DNA from: Octopus sinensis
Lineage: Eukaryota
DNA: 64,000 nt
Assembly: GCF_006345805.1 (NCBI RefSeq)
Contig: NC_042999.1
Location: 52,576,001-52,640,000, forward strand
Direction: 5' to 3'
This document shows positions 26,539 through 41,010 of the stretch, piece after piece (position 1 is the stretch's first letter; each line of letters begins with the position of its first letter). The position numbers and the translations under genes were made by a program. The notes under the pieces are model-generated. The model was not told the DNA's origin, searched no databases, and worked only from the letters and a program-made list of their open reading frames with translations.

Positions 26539-26975
26539 TATATAATATATATATATATATGTATATATATATAATAACAATTTAATAAATAAAACATATG
26601 CATACATAAATACATATATGTACATACCTACATCTATATGTATATATATATGCATATATGAGTACAGGACACCACAAATAAACGTAGAAAACAACGAGAA
26701 ACCAGAACATAAAATCAAACAAGGCAACGAACTTTTTTTAACAACGAATAAATAGAGTACAAGACAAACAATACAAGGAATATTCCCCTTCATCAGCTGC
26801 CCCTGTTTCGACTCAATGCGTGTTTCGAAGGTAAGGGCAGAACACGATCCGGCCGAAGCAATCCTTCCTGCAAAATGAATTAAATAAAATTCTTTTGCAG
26901 AGGGGTAAAAAAGTGACAAGAACAGGACGTGAAAGCAATACAAATGAAGAAAAATAAAGAATAAAAACAGGACAC
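25621..26975. repeat. Near-identical tandem duplication with period 698 bp (SINE A head + PLE-tail-like segment + microsatellites)
   Basis: CCCTGCATACCCACATTTG starts at 25621 and 26319. The units differ mainly in microsatellite length. Confidence 0.9.
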
Positions 26976-27984
26976 ACACACACACACACACACACACCAT
27001 ATATATATATATATATATATAATATATATGTGTGTGTGTGTGTGTCCTGTTTTTATTCTTTATTTGTACTTTTATATATATATATATATACTTTTTCCTC
27101 TATAAGTAGACTATTTTGTAACACCTGGCTATATGCATGAGTCTGATATAGAGACCGTATTTATTGTACAATGTAAAATAGGACATTTAGGCTGAAGAGA
27201 GCTTTTAACTTTGCTTTAAGAAAATCCTGGGGTCCCCACCCTGATTCCCATGCTAGTTCTCACTCAGGTCTCCCCCACCCCCTGGTACTTCTAGAAATTG
27301 ATACTTTTATACTTTTAGGTGGAGATAAGCAATAAGAGTTATAATGCGTCGAGATAGTTTTTTCTCCCAATAATTCTGCTGCTAGCATTGAGATAAGGGG
27401 AAGAGACGTGTGCAGAGTGATGGAAGCAGGCGTTCGGGTCTGTCTACTTGTGTCTGTAGGTATGCGTCCATTGAAGCCTGTGTAACCACGTGTGCCATTG
27501 AGTGTGTGTATCTGTGCGTGTGTATGCGTGTGTGTGTGTGCGTGTGTGCGTGTATGTGTAGCTCTGATGTGTATCAGCGTGAGCATTGTACGATTATGAA
27601 TGGATGTGTTGTCGATGCATATCAGTGTATATGTATATAGAGGAGTGTATGAAAGCGTGTTGCCTGACTATGTGGTTCTACGAGCGAGAAATACTGGCGC
27701 AGCAGAGGTCTAGTGACGTTAAGTGTAGGTATATTCATACAGAGATTCCGTTGAGAGAACTGTGTGGGAGATGGAGGTGCGAGCCTCTGTGTGTAAGAGA
27801 TACAAGGTCCAGAGAACAAAGTTTGCCATGAGAGGAAATGGTAAATAGAACGACTGGAGATTGTATTGTGTTACAAGTGATTTATATGTTTCTCTGTATC
27901 CGAGAGAAAACTGAGTCCAGGCCACAGGTTATCAGTATTGGGATGGTAAAATAGCATCACGCAATATCTTTATAAGTGTGTGTG

Positions 27985-28015
<31 letters not shown>

Positions 28016-28599
28016 TTGTGTATGTGTGTGGATGTGTAAAATAAATTAGAACAGGAGAGATTGCTTATAAGGTATTTAATTACACCTTCTTAATGTACGT
28101 TTCGTTAAAACAAGTTAATGCATAGTTACGCAATGCAAATCATGTAATGATGTCTCATTCACAGACCGTCAGAGAGATGATTCCTTTGTAACATCATTGG
28201 ATTTTAGTAATGTAGAAAAAGTAACACAGCGTCGATATGGAGGACGTATCACATTATTCAGTTTTTATTTCAAGATTTCCTGCCAATTGAGTAAGAGCCA
28301 GTTTCTAAGGCTCCTTCATTGGAATTTCAAGAACATCAACAGGGTAGATTTGTTTGTATGTATGTATGTATGTATGTATGTATGTATGTATGTATGTATG
28401 TATGTATGTATGTATGTACGTATATACGTATGTATGTATGTATGTATGTATGTATGTATGTATGTATGTATGTATGTATGCATGTATGTATGTATGCATG
28501 TATGTATGTGTGTGTGTATATATGTATATGTGCAGATGTGTATGTTTTCTGTATGTCTTCTCATGCATATAGTTACATATCCAGACATGCTCATATATA

Positions 28600-28760
28600 T
28601 ATATAAATGATAAATTTCTGGTAAGTCTTACAGATTTTTACAGCTTCAGTGATAGATTGGATCTGTAGTCTTCGCATTAGCTGTCTCCTTTCTGGTTTTG
28701 AGGAGCATAATTTCTCAAGATTGGTATTTAGGCAGTGTGCTGCATATCCCATGTGTATGT
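28600..28760 (-). mobile_element. 3' end fragment of an RLE-type (R4/Dong-like) LINE
   Basis: Translation AAHCLNTNLEKLCSSKPERRQLMRRLQIQSITEAVKICKTYQKFII resembles the C-terminus of RLE-LINE ORFs (recognised from memory). Confidence 0.5.
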
Positions 28761-31512
28761 ATGCATGCATGTATGTATGTATGTATGTATGCATGTATTT
28801 ATGTATGTATAGATTTGTATGTTTTATGTATGTATTCTCATGCATATAGTTGCATATGTAGACAGGTGCATAGGGGAAGGGGTTGCACATATACACGCGC
28901 ATGCATGTGTGGTAATCCATCGTCAGAAATGAGTTGCAGTATTTGACCGATCTCTCTACGACCTGAGGTAAAATTCTGGCGCCAGAGACAGCTTTTCTTT
29001 GAGTCATTCCATGCTGATAACATTAAGAACCAATTATGTACCGAAAACCATCCTCTCTTCTTTTAACCTTGGATATTTCACCGGAGAAAGGTGAGATTTT
29101 CGAGATTGTACCAGTGTCTGGTCCTGCTGATACCGATATCAAGTAATACTTGACAGTTTCTTTCAATGTTTTACTTTCATTCTTAAGACTGCGGCTGTGC
29201 AGGGGCACCATCTTGAAGGATAATTATCAATTATATCGATCTTAGTATCGTTTGTAAATAGTCAAGAGTGTAATTGAATGTTATCGGAATGTGTGTGTAT
29301 TCGTATGGAAGCATAGTATTGTGTGAGTGAGTGTGTACATTGCATAAGTGTGTACATACGTGTGTTTCGTATGTGTAATTGTATGCGTGCATATGTGTAT
29401 GTACATTTGTGTGTGTGTGTGTATGTGTGTTTATGTGTCCATAATGACTGATATGTAGTTTTTATTTGGATGAAAAGTTATTCTGACTTTGGTGGAAAGG
29501 AATTTGCTGTAACAGTGCATGACTTGTCACGTTAATATTGTTGTTTCTGTTAAGGCAGCAAGCTGGCACAATCATTTGTAGGCCAAGCAAAATGCTTGCT
29601 GGTATTTCGTCCATCTTTGCGTTCTGAGTTCAAATTTCACTGAGGTTGATCTTACCTTTCTTCCTCTCGGAGCAGATAAAATAAGTACCAGTTATCGACC
29701 TATCCCTTCCCCAGAAATCGTTGACTTGGAGCCAAAATTTGAAATCAATATTACTGTTTGTTGATGATTGATTTAATAAGAGAAGGAAATACATGGACTG
29801 TGTTTTCCTTCTTTAAGGGTCGACATGATTAGGAGGGAAAAAAGTACAAGAACTCGGCCCTCTTCCTTGAATGGTCGCCATGAATTGTGTCCGCTTTCTT
29901 AACGTACAAGTTTATGCTCTTCTCCTTTGAGATCTCAATGATAATTAAAAAATGCAAGTATAAATATCTCTGTCCTCTTCTTAAGAGAATTGCAAAAATT
30001 TTGTCTCCTTCGTTGACGGGAAGTCATGATTAGTCGAACGAAGGGTGGCAGTTAATTTCATGATCGAATCATGCATTGTAACAGTGTGCATTCGGCTAAT
30101 GAATTTAAACAGTGCGCATTCGGTTAATGAATTGTAACTGTGTGCATTCGGCTTATGATACCCAAGAGAGACCAGGCGGTGGTGTTCAAGATTTAAGTCT
30201 ACCATCTGTCATCCAGCATGAATCGTCCCTCTGATAGACAGTTTACGTTGCTCAGCTACATATCACCTGTGATTAAGTACAGAGGCTCTCCATACACCAC
30301 CGTAAGATTTTGTAGGGATACACAATCAAATGGGTCCTTCATTTTTGCCAAGAATGTAGAGAAGTTTGACTATTACTTCTAGTAGTGTGAGCAACAATGT
30401 AATGTTGCCAGGACTGCTCGTTAAATATAATGTTTTTACCATAAACTTCAGATTTCACACTTAATTTGATTTCAATTTCTTTATAACTTAATAAATTCTC
30501 AGAAAATGATAGCCATCAGTGACATTGTTGACTAACAAGAAGACCATACAGAAACTCTTCATCTAATTACATTGAAATGGCAATTTGGTTCTGTATTGCG
30601 TAAGTGCTGTAGCGTTAGATATGAGTGGTTGGCAAGCAGGAACGGAAATGAAGATGATGGATATGAATTCCCGGCTGAAGCCGTATCTTTTAACTTGGAG
30701 CATTAATCCCCTCAATGCAGACATGAGCACCACAACCCTTCTTCTCTTTAAATTACGAAGCTGTTATTCTTGACCAAACATAATTATTATACAGGGCAGC
30801 TTCTTAAAGCAAGATCTTTATTGCTGGGGCATCAAATACATGAGATAATTTTAGTCTAAAGTTTGAAAGTAGTTGTCACGCATGCTGATAAGTATTTCCC
30901 CTCTTTTAAATTCAGTTGTGCTAAATACCTATTGATGGCTGCCGCTACGAAGTCGTTTCACCTTCATCCAACATTAACCAGTATGTAAGACATAGATATA
31001 AAATATATTTGAATCAATGAACCACTTTTGGACTGGTGCATATTTGACCGATTGTGAGGAATCAAATCAGTGCAATTTGTCTGGTTGGATCTCTCAGATA
31101 GAAAATGAATACTATTCCACCGCTCTGGCATGTTAGCACGTGTTTGAGTGTATAGACTAACGTTGGATTATGTTGGAAGAATGACATAGGAATACTAAGC
31201 ACATGTAACAATATGTTTATTTTTTATTGAAACTTATTGGCTGTCTTGCAATTCAAGTTGTGAACCAGTGAAACCGTCCCTCCGGAAGATCGCAGTGGCG
31301 TGAAACTGAGTTCACAGTACAAGCATTTATATAAGTGCGTGTGTGCATATATATATATATATATACGAGTAATTTAGCGACAGACTGACATCCCGTCCAT
31401 TCATCGTCTGAAAAGCCTTTACTCTTTGCTTTCTCTCGTTTTGCATGTCTTCACACACACGCACACACACACACGCACACACATACACATACATACATCA
31501 TACATACATACA

Positions 31513-31618
<106 letters not shown>

Positions 31619-32269
31619 ATATATACACATATATATATATATACTGTATCCGTACCCAAGTCGTTTCGTTATATTTAATATATTTGATTTGTTTATCCTC
31701 AGAATTTCCTACACGCACACACACACACACACACGCACACCCACACCGAACACACACACACACACTCACACAAATATACGTACATACATACATTAGGTTG
31801 ACAGTTCTTTGTTTAGCTTTTAAACGTTGGTATACAGTGAGGGCGGAGTAAGTCTGACTGGATTTGTTATTTCTTACTAATGATTATGGGATTGAATTTC
31901 TACAGACATTACTTTCAAATCTGTGGCACCGACAAAATGAAACGAAACCCATAAAGGTTTTATAAAGAGTAAAGTAGAGAAACGGCAAATGATGCGAAAA
32001 TGAAACACGATGTTGAAGTAAGTTTTGAAGTGAAATGATAACTATGGAGTGATTAGAGAATAACATGTCTATCAAAGAATAAGATGTCGTCTTGGATTTC
32101 AAAGAAATAAATTGTTTATATGAAGAAGATATATCATTGTATAAGTCTATCGTTCGAGAAATATTACATACTAACTGAACCTGTGAATATTTCACGGAAT
32201 TAATGGTAAAACTATTGGGTTATTTCTGAAGTTAGAATATTTAGATCACTGATTGAGCCGATCCTTCAC

Positions 32270-32650
32270 AATGGATCACAGACCTGGACCATATCGGCTC
32301 TCTTAGAAAAACAGCGCGATGGAACATATACCAACCTGCTCAGGACGATACAGAGCATCAGTTGGAGATCACACCCAACACTTAGTAACATATACAGAAA
32401 TCTGATACCAAAGAAACGGCTACAATTTGCTGGCCTCTGTCATCAAGCAGAGAAAGAGGTTATCTTATTCCTGTTCCTATGGCATCCCTCTGGAAGTGTT
32501 TTCTCCAGGAAACTCACATTTCCAGATACTATATCTCGGGACTCAAGGCTGGATATTAGAGATCTGAACAGAGCCAATGCAGGACCATGTAGTGTGAGAA
32601 GGAATTGTCAGTGGAGTTCCGACCAACCATAGGTTGGTAGAATGATGATG
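32270..32650 (+). mobile_element. Degenerate 3' fragment of an RTE-like LINE
   Basis: DGTYTNLLRTIQSISWRSHPT...RLQFAGLC...LTFPDTISRD with a (GAT)n tail. Same family as 61253-61400. Confidence 0.65.
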
Positions 32651-34286
32651 ATTTCTGAAATCTTTATCCAAAAAGCCTGAAAGCGTCGCCTGTGTTGTGC
32701 CTGTCTGGAAAGATAGTCGCTCATCTATTCATTGAAAAGTGAAAGAAATTGGTATCAGATGATTACTTAATGCACTTTATATATACACTTTATATACTTT
32801 ATGCACAATTTCATAGACTCAATACACAACACTCATAAAATATATATTCACTTTCTTTTTTCCATTTTTCTTATAAAGAAAGAAAATCCCGTACATATGA
32901 TACAAACTTCAGTTAAAAGTCATGGAATTGCACTTATATGAATGCGTTAAGTGATGGGTGATATAAAAAAACTTAGTTCAATTTAAAAAATGCACTTTTC
33001 ACTATCCAGTCGCAACAACCACCACCTCCATCTACACCACCACTACCACCGCAAATACCACCCCACCACCGACATCACCACCACCACCACCACCACCATC
33101 ACCATCATCATCATTTCACTCTCCCTCTTTTTTCTCCCCCCTCGCTCTCTGTCTTTCTTTAACCTCACCATCAGAACATCACCCCTCTACTAAAATTATT
33201 TTTTTACTCTCCTCCCCTACCTTCGACTATCTTAATATTACGTTCCCCCTACGTTCTCGCCATGGACGCTTCTCTCTCCCTCTTTTTCTCTCTCTTTCTG
33301 TCTCACTCTTCGCACTATCTTTTTCTTTCTCCTTTTTCTGTCTCCTATCTTTTCTTTCAACTATTCACGTGAAGCGTTACAATTACATTCCCTCTACTTC
33401 ACGTCAGGGATGCTTCTATCTCTCTCTTTTCTCCTTCTTTTCCTCCATCACAAGAAAGCGTTACCCGACGGGCTAAGTAACGCAATGACAAGCAGAATTA
33501 TTATAAGATTTATTTGTATAACAATATCTATCAATACCGTTCCACAAATGGTCCCCCAAGACCTATTACACCTTTCATTTATAACATTTTCTACATGTTC
33601 AACATAATAAAGAAAAGATTTCTATACCGTAGGGAGCTATACGGAGATTTTCGACACGAATTAATTGGTGCTTTTACGAAAAATGTGACGCAAATGACTC
33701 CAAAGACACGGTCATCAGAGATACTCCAGTTCTATTACAAAGCAATGGCTATAAAAATGACTGGTTAAACTTTCAACAGAAACATCAATTGACACTCAAC
33801 TTCAGCCGTTTTGTTTATAATTCCTTTGCGACCAATCATTCTTTTATTTTAGATTCTCAGCATCCAAATCCGCTGAGAGAGAAAAACTCGTCCAGTTGTT
33901 AAGCGGATTATTATTATGTGACTCTTGTAGCCTCGTGGGATGTCCTTGGAAGAAAAAACGAAAAGTCTTTCGATATTTCTCTCGTGATAAATGGAAAGGG
34001 ATTGCTTTTTTTCTTCTTTATTGTTAGAATTGTGTTGTCTTGTGTTAATCATTGACAACGAACAGCACCAACAATTACACACACACTAACATGCACACAC
34101 ATGCACACACATGCACACACACACGCACGCTCAAAGACTGACACACATACATACACACACAGAACACAACACACATGCAGACCATTTAGACCATAATTAC
34201 ATTTTTCGCAAGGAATCGATAGAAACAAACGGTGGGACATTCAACACACACACACACACACAAACACAAACAAACGCACACATACA

Positions 34287-34322
<36 letters not shown>

Positions 34323-35307
34323 TATACACACACATACATACATAACACAAACACATATTAGTTGCATCGCGAAAGCAACCCATTTTGGTAATCTAACCAA
34401 AGGCAAAAATAGTTGTCACATTCATTTATATTTTATTTCATGAATTGTCAACATTTTCGTCGCACATCTGTGTCTTAGCACCTGCCATAATTAATCCACT
34501 GCAAATGTTTAGCATTTATAATAGTGATTTAGTAATTAATAGTGCTACAATAATTACCAATTAACGCTAGCTTAAATGAACGGGCGTGATTGGTTAGAAA
34601 AGATAATATTGTCATAGATACACCATAAATAAGATGAGGAATCGGTCCCGATTGGCAGGATTTTCATCATTGGTGTGCTCACTCAGAGGTGATCTGTGAC
34701 TACAAAATCACAACACGTTTTTCTAGGGAGGGAACATGCATAAAATATGATTTTTGTCATCAAAACCTATAATTTTGCTTGTTGAACCCGAATCTTAACA
34801 ACTGAGATGCTTTGAGATGTTTTGAAAAGATCAGAAATGATTTTACATTTTGAAGTGATCATATAGAAGCCAATAATTTTTATCTGCTTCAGAAAAAGAT
34901 TTAATAAATTTGAATAAAACTGTGTTTTTCGTGGCGACAACAAGAAATTTAAGTCTTCAAGGAAGCTACTTCGAAAAAATCTGAGGTGCTTACTAAACGT
35001 GATGAATAAGGTAAGGTTTCGAACTAAGGAAACTGATGGAAGGGGATGAAATGACAAAAGTTAATCCATGAAAGTCGACGGCTTAAAAGTGAATACTCAC
35101 GTAGAATGGAAAATATAACGCTTCGGGCAAAAGTCCCTCTTCAGAGTGAATAAACGCACGCAGAATATTTACATGCATGAACTCATGTATACATGCATAG
35201 ACAGATAAATAGACAGACAGACAAATAAGTAGATAGATAGATAGAGAGAGAGAGAGAGAAAGTAAGAGAGACAGACAAATAGATAGATAGATGAATAGAT
35301 AGATAGT

Positions 35308-35370
<63 letters not shown>

Positions 35371-35381
35371 GTAGATAGATA

Positions 35382-36648
35382 TTGGGTTGTCCGGAAAGTT
35401 CGTGCCGATTTATAGTAGCTTACTTTTCAACGTATTTTAGAACATGTTGAGTCCGTAAAATAGGATTTGACTACACCTCCATTTAGAGCACAGTTTAAGC
35501 TATCTTTGCGTGGAAGAAGGTTTATGTTCCTATAAACTGTGTTAATTCTGTAACCCTTTAAAATGGAACATAAGAAAGTTCCTTTTCGGTACTTGATGCT
35601 TTTCTTTTTCAGTAAAAGGAAAAAATGCCACACAAGCAACCAAAGAAATAAGCGAAGTTTAAGGTGATGTTTCTTTATCTGAAAGAACTGTGCGGAAGTG
35701 GTTCGCAAGGTTCCGAGCTGGAGATTGTAGCCTTATTGATAAAGAGCGATCAAGTGGACCACCCACTACACATGATAATCAAGTCATTAATTCAGAATAA
35801 TCTACATTGCACAACCTATCAAAATTCGTCGTTCACGAGCACCTGGTAAAGCTTGGGTACACAAATCACTACGATGTTTGGATACCACATGAGTTGAGTG
35901 AGAAGAACCTTTTGTATCGCATTTCCATCTGTGATTCGTTTATAGACGAAATACAAAACGCGCCTTTTTTAAAGCAAATTGTGACAGGTGATGGGAAATG
36001 GATTATCTACTGAAATGTTCAGAGAAAGCGATCCTGGAGTAAGCAACATGACCCACCCTTAGCCATTCCAAAAGCGAGTCTTCTCCCTAAGAAAGTCTTG
36101 CTTTGTGTCTGGTGGGATTGGAAAGGATTTCTGTACTTCGAGCTTCTCCCAAGTAACAATTATGAGAAATACTGCACACAACTGGACGATTTAAAAGCAG
36201 CAATTCAAGAGATATGTCCAGAATTGGCCAACAGGAAGGGTGATGTTTTCCAACATGATAATGCAAGACTGCACGTTTCTTTGGGGACCAGACAAAAATC
36301 GCTGCAGCTCGGCTGGGATGTGTTACCCCACCTTCCATATTCACCAGATATTTCTCCTTCTGATTTCCACTTATTCATGTCTCTGCAAAATTGTCTTAAT
36401 GGTAAAAATTTCAATTCCTTGGATGACATAAAAAGATACCTTGATGAATTCTTTGCCATGAAACCGCCTCAATTCTGGGAATAGGTTAAAGGAAAGATGG
36501 AGACGCATTAGAGAATAGTTAAAGGAAATATGGAGACGCATTGTGCAACAAAATGGTTCATATATGGTTGATTAAGAATGTAATGGCAAGTATTTATTGC
36601 TCTTTTTCTTTCCTTTAAAAATCAGCACGAACTTCCCGGACAACCCAA
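35382..36648 (+). mobile_element. Full-length mariner (DD34D) element with defective transposase
   Basis: TIRs TTGGGTTGTCCGGAAAGTTCGTGCCGATTT / AAATCAGCACGAACTTCCCGGACAACCCAA flanked by TA. Motifs WIPHEL, IVTGDGKW, QHDNAR and YSPDISPSDFHLF, with stops and frameshifts. Confidence 0.95.
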
Positions 36649-36690
36649 TAGAAAAACAGAAAAAATGAGTGAGAAAGGGGACAGAGAGAA

Positions 36691-36762
<72 letters not shown>

Positions 36763-36849
36763 AGTAAATAGAAACGGGCAAAAACATATGGTTGCTTCAC
36801 TTGTAAACTGAAAACAAGTATCCTGTCACGTATTGCTAAACAGCTTGTA

Positions 36850-37134
36850 CGGATGGTTTGTTTATAGTGAGCAAATGGTTTGTTAATAGTGGTAGAATGA
36901 TTTGTTCATATTAATCAAATATTTGTTGTACATTAATTCACTCTCTGCATCACATCGTTATTGCCTCGTGTGTGGCAAACCGTGTGCCGCATGTAAGATG
37001 GCAAAGAAATCGCAGAGAAAGACTTAAGTGTTTTACCAAAGAACTCAATACACCGCCCGCAGCGGAAATCTAAATCGCGATTTTACGATTGTCAGTGGAA
37101 CGCACTAACCTTAACACACACACACACATTTATA

Positions 37135-37181
<47 letters not shown>

Positions 37182-37388
37182 ATATATATAGATATATATA
37201 AATATGCGTAGTAGTGCTGTGTGCATAGGTACAGGAGCGCTGTGTGGTAAGTAGCTTGCTTACCAGCCACATGGTTCTGGGTTCGGTCCCACTGTGTGGC
37301 ACCTTGGGCAAATGTCTTCTACTATAGTCACGGACTGACCAAAGCCTTGTGAGTGGATTTGGTAGACGGAAGTTGAAAGAAAGCTGTC

Positions 37389-37428
<40 letters not shown>

Positions 37429-37696
37429 ACAAATAATATCGTAATGGTTCGTCATTCCGGAGGGCACAGGCTTTTAAGGCCAGTATCTTGGATTCTGAGA
37501 CGTATATGTTCCTCCCCTGGACGGCATGCCAGTCCTTCACAAGATTCTTCATTTTGCCAACTGAGTGGAGTGGAGCAGCGGGAAATGAAATGTCTTGCTC
37601 AAGAATCTAATGTGTCACCTAGTCCAGGAATCAAAACCACAATTTTACGATCATGAGTGTAACCCCATAAATATTAAGCGACACACCTACACACCT

Positions 37697-37757
<61 letters not shown>

Positions 37758-37975
37758 CACACACACGCACGCACACACAAACACACACACATACACACAC
37801 ACACGCACGCACGCACGCGCACACACAAACACATACAAGCATGCATGTTTAGCGAGGCGGTAAATGATCAATGTGGCTGGAGCTCATGCAATATAATATT
37901 TGCTGGAAGGCCGCGAATTGGCAGAATCGTTAGCCCACCGGGCGAAATGTTTAGCGGTATTTCGTCAGAAATTGA
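36850..37975. mobile_element. SINE cluster: family D (36850-37110 -, 37440-37665 -), family A head (37232-37390 +), family B head (37910-37975 +)
   Basis: Similarity to other copies within this window. Confidence 0.65.
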
Positions 37976-39407
37976 AGCGAAATTATCCTTCAAGTCTTAT
38001 TCCGCCATATTAAAAACGATTTAGGGATTAATGTAGTCTGAGCAGCTGGTGGGCAGACTATCACTGAACACACACACGTCAGAGTGGTCACGGTTCGGCA
38101 GCCTTCGATTACAGCTCTGCACTTTTCATTATACAACACCACCACCAACATCACCACCACCACCACCACCACCACCAACAACAACAACAGCAATAACAGC
38201 AACAGCAACAACAAAAACAATACAGACGTTGAAGCGTTTCATACTTTTATTATATTAGCAGATATGAAACTCCGCTAATAATTAATGGAAAGTAAAGCTG
38301 TTTGTCAGAACGAAAATATTTTAGTGAATGAAGATGTTGGCTCCAGGACTGTCTACCATGTAGCGGCACAATGAACCCACCTCACTTTGATACAGCACAA
38401 GAAAAGTTTGCGAAAATGATACGTAGCTAAAAATTTCGTGTTACTTTGGTTGTGGTCGCTGTCGTTAATTAGTCTCAAGGCAACCACCCCACCTGACCGG
38501 GCAGACTTTTTACCAAACATAATTCATGAATGACCATCACATCTTTTAGAATTACCGAAATTATTTCTTATATTTTAATCGTGTGTTTGAGGGAGATTGG
38601 CTGCTTTTACTTGTGACAGGAATTGTGACTGTGACGACGGGAAACATCATTTATACCGTCAGGTTTTCCCTAGTCGGGTTTGTCTGAGATTCTTTGTAAA
38701 GGTCTCTCGACCAGGAGGATAGGAAGTGAAGTGGTATGGCCAAAAAAGATGCGGAGCTCGTTAGTAAATACCATTTTTAAAGTAACTGTGAAAGAGAAAA
38801 GAGGGGAGGCTGACAGAAGAGAAAAAAGATGGTGACATCAAAGAATATTGAAGTTAATCATTTAAAGGGAGCTGAACGGTGGCAGACAACCGAAATAAAT
38901 GGCACCTACATGTACAGAATATCAACCAATAGACCGCTCTCACCACACTCAAATATTACCCTCATAAACTAAACTCAGTAAACTCAGTTAGCTTAATCCG
39001 TTCACACCTTCTCAAAGAGCATACTCAATCAACATAGTGAACTCTCACACCCAAGCTGCTGCAAGCCTCGATTCATAACTCGATTGACTTTTGTAGTTTC
39101 CATAAAACCAACCCAGCAGTTCTCTCCGAATAAACAGAAATTGCATCCTCGTTGGTGTAAACGTAATTATTTTAACTTCCTTTTCTAAATGAAGTGGTGT
39201 AGAGGTGTGGCGGAGAATTGCTATCGTTGAATGGAGTGTGGTTGTTAACTGTGATGGTTGAATGAAATTGTTGAGTGTGAGATTTCAGTGAAGTTTATTA
39301 GTTTGTGCGATATGTTTCCGCTCTATAGAGCTGTGGCTCGCAACCTTTTCACTACAAAGGAACCCTTTTATTTAAATGACCCACGGATCCCTTTTAATAT
39401 GCCTATA

Positions 39408-39460
<53 letters not shown>

Positions 39461-39711
39461 TGAACTTTTTATTGAAATTTGTTTAATATTTTCTGAAGGT
39501 ATTTCCTTGTAAACTGTTTTTAAACATTTTCTTATAATCAAAAAAATATATATGTATTTTAATACTTTTGTGTCAACCAGTACTTAACACAACAAAGCTT
39601 ATACAAAACTTTACATTTTACTTTTGACAATCTTTTACTAAAAAAGTGAAACCGGTTAAGTGAATAAACACCTTTAAAATTGCATTTTCAAACCTTCTTT
39701 CATATATATAT

Positions 39712-39743
<32 letters not shown>

Positions 39744-39888
39744 ATATATATATGTAAAAGTAAAAAAAACAACTGGGACAAGAACGTGAAAACATTAGAA
39801 GACGACACAAAAGACACGGACAGGACATTCGAAGCCTTCAATCTTCAGTCAAGAACCGGATCATCTTCGCAATTTCGGCTGATTAAAT

Positions 39889-39999
<111 letters not shown>

Positions 40000-40029
40000 A
40001 TGTGTGAATGTATGTATATTTATGTCAGG

Positions 40030-40405
40030 TCAGTTTCGAGTGCTACTGATAACATGTAACCCAGTACAACCTGTTGCATGGTAGGGTCGTCGGCGACTAA
40101 ACCGGCAACCCCACCAAGCTTGCTTGGTGAGGAGGGTGTTTATTGGACACCCTGCGGGATGAAAAACAAAACCCGTGAAAAGGCGGAGGAACTCTTGAGA
40201 GTCAACGGCCATCCAATAAATGTCTTAAGGCTGTATCATGCGCGGGGACATAGAAATAATCGGACTGAATACCCGATTGCGCGGTTAGATCATTGGGAGT
40301 GAAGGACTCCCAGCCTTTGTTAGGGCATCCTTCTAGGAGAAGGTAACTCAGATAACTGGGATAACTCCGACATAAAACCTGCGGCACAGTGGTTACCGAT
40401 GATGT
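40030..40405 (+). mobile_element. Non-autonomous RTE-derived element (5'UTR-like hairpins, GATGATG tail)
   Basis: Hairpins AGGGTGT/ACACCCT and GGGAGT/ACTCCC, plus CCTTCTAGGAGAAGG-TAACTC resembling RTE 5' regions. Confidence 0.45.
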
Positions 40406-40641
40406 TGACTTGTTCTTCTTTTCGGATTATGGCTGCTGTTGTTTGTGAGTGGGATTGACTCAGTGCACAACCTTTCCTCACTTAAAGAAAAAATCTTCTT
40501 ACACAGGCATTGCACGATAACAACATTGATTAAGCTTCGTGCAATGGCCATACTCGATATCGAAGGGGCAGCCAGCATGTATGTATATACATATATATAT
40601 GTATGTATATATATATGTATGTATGTATATATATATATATA

Positions 40642-40690
40642 CTAGCTGAAGGTGGCCCGCTCTACGCGCGGGTGAGAGTGTGGTTGTTAC
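40642..40690 (-). mobile_element. Helitron 3' terminus
   Basis: Minus strand has hairpin CCCGCGCGTAGAGCGGG, a short spacer, CTAG, then host T. Confidence 0.6.
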
Positions 40691-40699
40691 TTTCTGTTG

Positions 40700-41010
40700 C
40701 TTCCTTTCAGCACGTAAAAAGCACCATCCGAACGTGGCCGATTGCAGCGCCGCCTTGACTTGCTTCTGTGCCGGTGGCACGTAAAAAGCACCAACCGATC
40801 GTTGCCGCTGCGAGCCCCCCTGGCACCTGTGCCGGCGGCACGAAAAATGCACCCACTACACTCACAGAGTTAGGAAGGTCATCCACCTGTAGAAACACTG
40901 CCAGATCAGACTGGATCCTGGTGCAGCCTCCTGGCTTCCCAGACCCCGGTCACACTGTCCAACCCGTGCTAGCACGGAAAACGGACGTTAAACGATGATG
41001 ATGATGATGA
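40700..41010 (+). mobile_element. SINE-like element with an RTE-type 3' tail
   Basis: Internal repeats GGCACGTAAAAAGCACC, ending CCGTGCTAGCACGGAAAACGGACGTTAAAC(GAT)n. Confidence 0.6.

Noticed and set aside
28090-28190. Minus-strand GAAACGUAC motif in a PLE-tail-like repeat
   Set aside because: No matching CUGANGA with a compatible stem I was found.
29023-29211. 62-aa minus-strand ORF beginning in an AAGATGG context
   Set aside because: Short, no recognisable homology or supporting exon structure.
34890-35015. Exon-like segment ending at a strong donor AAG|GTAAGG
   Set aside because: All three frames from the nearest acceptor contain stops, so it cannot be supported as coding.
39825-39885. 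Minus-strand CUGAAGA-UU-GAAG-G-CUUC-GAAUGUC
   Set aside because: GAAA is incomplete and stem I does not pair. At best it is a decayed motif.
40030-40160. Possible HDV-like ribozyme at the 5' end of the RTE-derived element
   Set aside because: Only simple hairpins were found. I could not build the nested double pseudoknot by eye, so a descriptor search would be needed.
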